Source: Actinomycetes bacterium (GTDB lineage: Bacteria; Actinomycetota; Acidimicrobiia; Acidimicrobiales; Bog-793). From it: DNA of 64,000 nucleotides. The stretch's first letter is position 1; each line of letters starts with the position of its first letter. The stretch is taken from contig JAKBAA010000002.1 in assembly GCA_021809425.1 (NCBI GenBank), positions 3,634 through 67,633 of the forward strand. The letters are read 5' to 3'. A model generated the notes under the pieces. The model was given only the letters and a program-made list of their open reading frames with translations. It was not told the DNA's origin and made no database searches. A program made the position numbers and the translations under genes. Positions 61,929-64,000 of this stretch are shown here, piece after piece.

Positions 61929-63326
61929 TCAGCGCCGTCGCAGGAGCGCGCGGGCGGCGCCGACCACGTAGAGCGACCCGGTGACCACCACGAGCCCCTG
62001 CTCGCCGACCGACTCGACCGCCTGCCGGAGGGCCACCTCGAGGCTGTCCGCCTCGACCGCCGCCACCGAGCAGCGACCGGCCGCCTCGACGACGGCGGCG
62101 GCCGGCAGGGCCCGAGGTGACGGGGGGGTGCAGGCGACGACGAGCGCCAGGCGCTCGGGGCCGATCGCCCCCAACAGCTCTGCCGGGTCGCGCCCGCGAA
62201 GGCAGCCCATGACCAGCACGACCCGCTCGGCGGCGGCGAAGTCGTCGGCGAGCGCCGCCCCGAGCGACGCCGCCCCGGCCGGGTTGTGCGCGCCGTCCAG
62301 CACGACGACAGGGTGGCGGGCCACCACCTCGAGCCGTCCCGGCACGGTCGCCTCGGCGAACGCCTCGGCGACCACCTCCTCCGCGAGCGGGCTGCCGAAG
62401 AATGCCTCGGCCGCGGCGACCGCCACGGCGGCGTTGTCCCCCTGGTGGGCGCCGTGCAACGGCAGGAACAGTCCCTCGTAGCCGGCCCCCGGTGTGCGCA
62501 GGTCGAGCTGGCGGCCGCCGTGGGCCAGCTCGTTGGCGGTGCAGGCGAAGTCCAGGTCACGCCGCCAGAGCGCCTCCGCCCCGACCGTCCGGCCACGCTC
62601 GGCGACGATCTCGACGAGGTCCGGATCGGTCTCGCCGACGACGACGATCGACCCGGCCTTCACGATGCCGGCCTTCTCCCGGGCGATCGACGCCCGGGTT
62701 CCCCCGAGCACGTCGACATGGTCGAGCTCGACGTTGGTGAGGACGGCGACCGCCGCGTCCACCACGTTCGTGGCGTCCACCATCCCGCCCACCCCGACCT
62801 CGACGACCGCCGCCGACACCGCCTCGTCGGCGAAGTGGCGCAGCGCGGCGGCCGTCAACAGCTCGAACCACGTCGGGGCGCTCGCCAGCGCTCCGGCGCC
62901 GCCCTGGCGGAGCAGGAAGCGCTCGAGCTCCTCGAGCGAGGCCAGCACCCCGGCGAGCTCGTCGTCGGCGATCGGCGCCCCGCCGACCGCCACGCGCTCG
63001 TTGACCGACTCGAGGTGCGGGCTGGTGTAGGTGCCGACGACGAGCCCCTGCGCCTGGAGCAGCAGCGTGATCAGGCGGCTCGTCGACCCCTTGCCGTTGG
63101 TGCCGGTGACGTGGACCACCGGATAGGTGCGCTGCGGGTCGCCCATCGCCTCCATGAGGCGGCGCACCCGCTCCAGCCCGTCGCTCCCGCCACGCTGGGA
63201 CAGGTTGGCGTCGAGGGCCTCCAGGTTGACGTGCCGGTCGAGCCAGGCCAGGGCGTCACCGAGCGAGCGCGCCGGCGCGGGCGAGGCGCCGGACGGGCGG
63301 TGTGGCTCGTCGTCAGGATGCCGCAC
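61929..63326 (-). CDS. folC: Bifunctional folylpolyglutamate synthase / dihydrofolate synthase
   Basis: ...[16 protein letters not shown]... P-loop and Mur-ligase-like central and C-terminal domains. GTG 63326 overlaps the clpX stop by 14 nt. Confidence 0.9.
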   Translation of the reverse strand: MRHPDDEPHRPSGASPAPARSLGDALAWLDRHVNLEALDANLSQRGGSDGLERVRRLMEAMGDPQRTYPVVHVTGTNGKGSTSRLITLLLQAQGLVVGTYTSPHLESVNERVAVGGAPIADDELAGVLASLEELERFLLRQGGAGALASAPTWFELLTAAALRHFADEAVSAAVVEVGVGGMVDATNVVDAAVAVLTNVELDHVDVLGGTRASIAREKAGIVKAGSIVVVGETDPDLVEIVAERGRTVGAEALWRRDLDFACTANELAHGGRQLDLRTPGAGYEGLFLPLHGAHQGDNAAVAVAAAEAFFGSPLAEEVVAEAFAEATVPGRLEVVARHPVVVLDGAHNPAGAASLGAALADDFAAAERVVLVMGCLRGRDPAELLGAIGPERLALVVACTPPSPRALPAAAVVEAAGRCSVAAVEADSLEVALRQAVESVGEQGLVVVTGSLYVVGAARALLRRR

Positions 63327-64000
63327 GACGCGGGCGCTCGGACTTCTCGCCCGTGGCGCGTGGCAGGAGGCTTGGGGCCACCCGCTCGAGCACGACGCTC
63401 TTGTCGACGACGCAGCGGCCCACGTCGGTGCGGCTCGGCAGGTCGTACATCACCTCGAGCAGCACCTCCTCGAGGATCGCCCGCAGGCCGCGGGCCCCGG
63501 TGCCCCGGAGCAGGGCCTGGTCGGAGATCGCCTCGAGGGCGTCCTGGCTGATGTCGAGGTCGACGTGGTCGAGCTCGAACACCCTCCGGTACTGCTTGAC
63601 GAGCGCGTTCTTCGGCTCCACGAGGATCCGGACGAGGGCCTCGCGGTCGAGGTTCGACACGGCGCCGATCACCGGCAGCCGGCCGACGAACTCGGGGATA
63701 AGGCCGAACTTGAGCAGGTCCTCCGGCAGCGCGTCGAGGAGCAGCTGGCTCTCGTCGTGCCGCTTCGCCCGGCGCACGTCGGCACGGAACCCGATCCCGG
63801 AGCGGCCGATGCGGGCGTCGACGATGCGATCGAGCCCGGCGAACGCCCCGCCACAGATGAACAGGATGTTCGTCGTGTCGATCTGGATGAACTCCTGGTG
63901 GGGGTGCTTGCGCCCCCCCTGGGGCGGCACCGACGCCGTCGTGCCCTCGAGGATCTTCAGCAGCGCCTGCTGCACCCCCTCGCCGGACACGTCACGGGTG
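63313..64000 (-). CDS. clpX: ATP-dependent Clp protease ATP-binding subunit ClpX, partial (N-terminus beyond the right edge)
   Basis: ...[49 protein letters not shown]...[11 protein letters not shown]......L....LV.IL.EPKNAL.KQY..LF... is the ClpX C-terminal half. Confidence 0.95.
   Translation of the reverse strand, partial: TRDVSGEGVQQALLKILEGTTASVPPQGGRKHPHQEFIQIDTTNILFICGGAFAGLDRIVDARIGRSGIGFRADVRRAKRHDESQLLLDALPEDLLKFGLIPEFVGRLPVIGAVSNLDREALVRILVEPKNALVKQYRRVFELDHVDLDISQDALEAISDQALLRGTGARGLRAILEEVLLEVMYDLPSRTDVGRCVVDKSVVLERVAPSLLPRATGEKSERPRRAAS

Overview
Very GC-rich chromosomal window from an actinobacterium. It is MreB-positive and possibly Acidimicrobiia-like, but that taxon call is a guess from gene order and composition. 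I support about 57 protein genes and one tRNA-Leu(UAG); most genes are on the minus strand. I found no rRNA, CRISPR array, transposase or prophage. The ORF track uses ATG, GTG and TTG starts and reports the longest ORF. I therefore trimmed many entries to starts supported by an RBS or by a 4-nt stop/start overlap (GTGA or ATGA).

The backbone is conserved actinobacterial housekeeping synteny:
- clpX-folC-ndk-mreBCD-pbp2-rne-rplU-rpmA-obg-proB-proA
- nadD-rsfS
- mtrA-mtrB-lpqB-like
- xerC-rpsB-tsf-pyrH-frr-cdsA-dxr-rseP-ispG-eis-like

Three accessory blocks stand out.
1. 1-11650: an ABC-transporter-dependent (Wzm/Wzt) glycan assembly locus. It holds four GT4-type glycosyltransferase domains, a stand-alone coiled-coil ORF and an FG-GAP propeller protein.
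2. 16882-27853, my top candidate for an undescribed system. A tightly coupled six-gene operon encodes a secreted protein with three DUF5666-like domains, a MacA/HlyD-like adaptor with a Cys-bracketed low-complexity plus Fn3-like insertion in its hairpin, a MacB-type ATPase and permease, a membrane-anchored DUF5666-like protein, and a roughly 1,060-aa pentapeptide-repeat protein with a Gly-X-Y tail. A VKOR plus DUF929-like (CPYC) oxidative-folding pair lies directly upstream.
3. 47702-50069: a MoxR ATPase / CoxE-like VWA pair spliced by GTGA overlaps into the proA-to-histidine-phosphatase operon.

Other oddities:
- nine perfect 15-bp in-frame repeats, (PTDTV)n, in the tail of ribosomal protein S2
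- a roughly 270-aa disordered N-terminal extension on CdsA
- a canonical G-quadruplex motif plus a (GGC)n tract filling a convergent intergenic region
- a lipoprotein alpha/beta-hydrolase whose nucleophile Ser is replaced by Gly

All family assignments come from motif recognition by eye. No database search was run.
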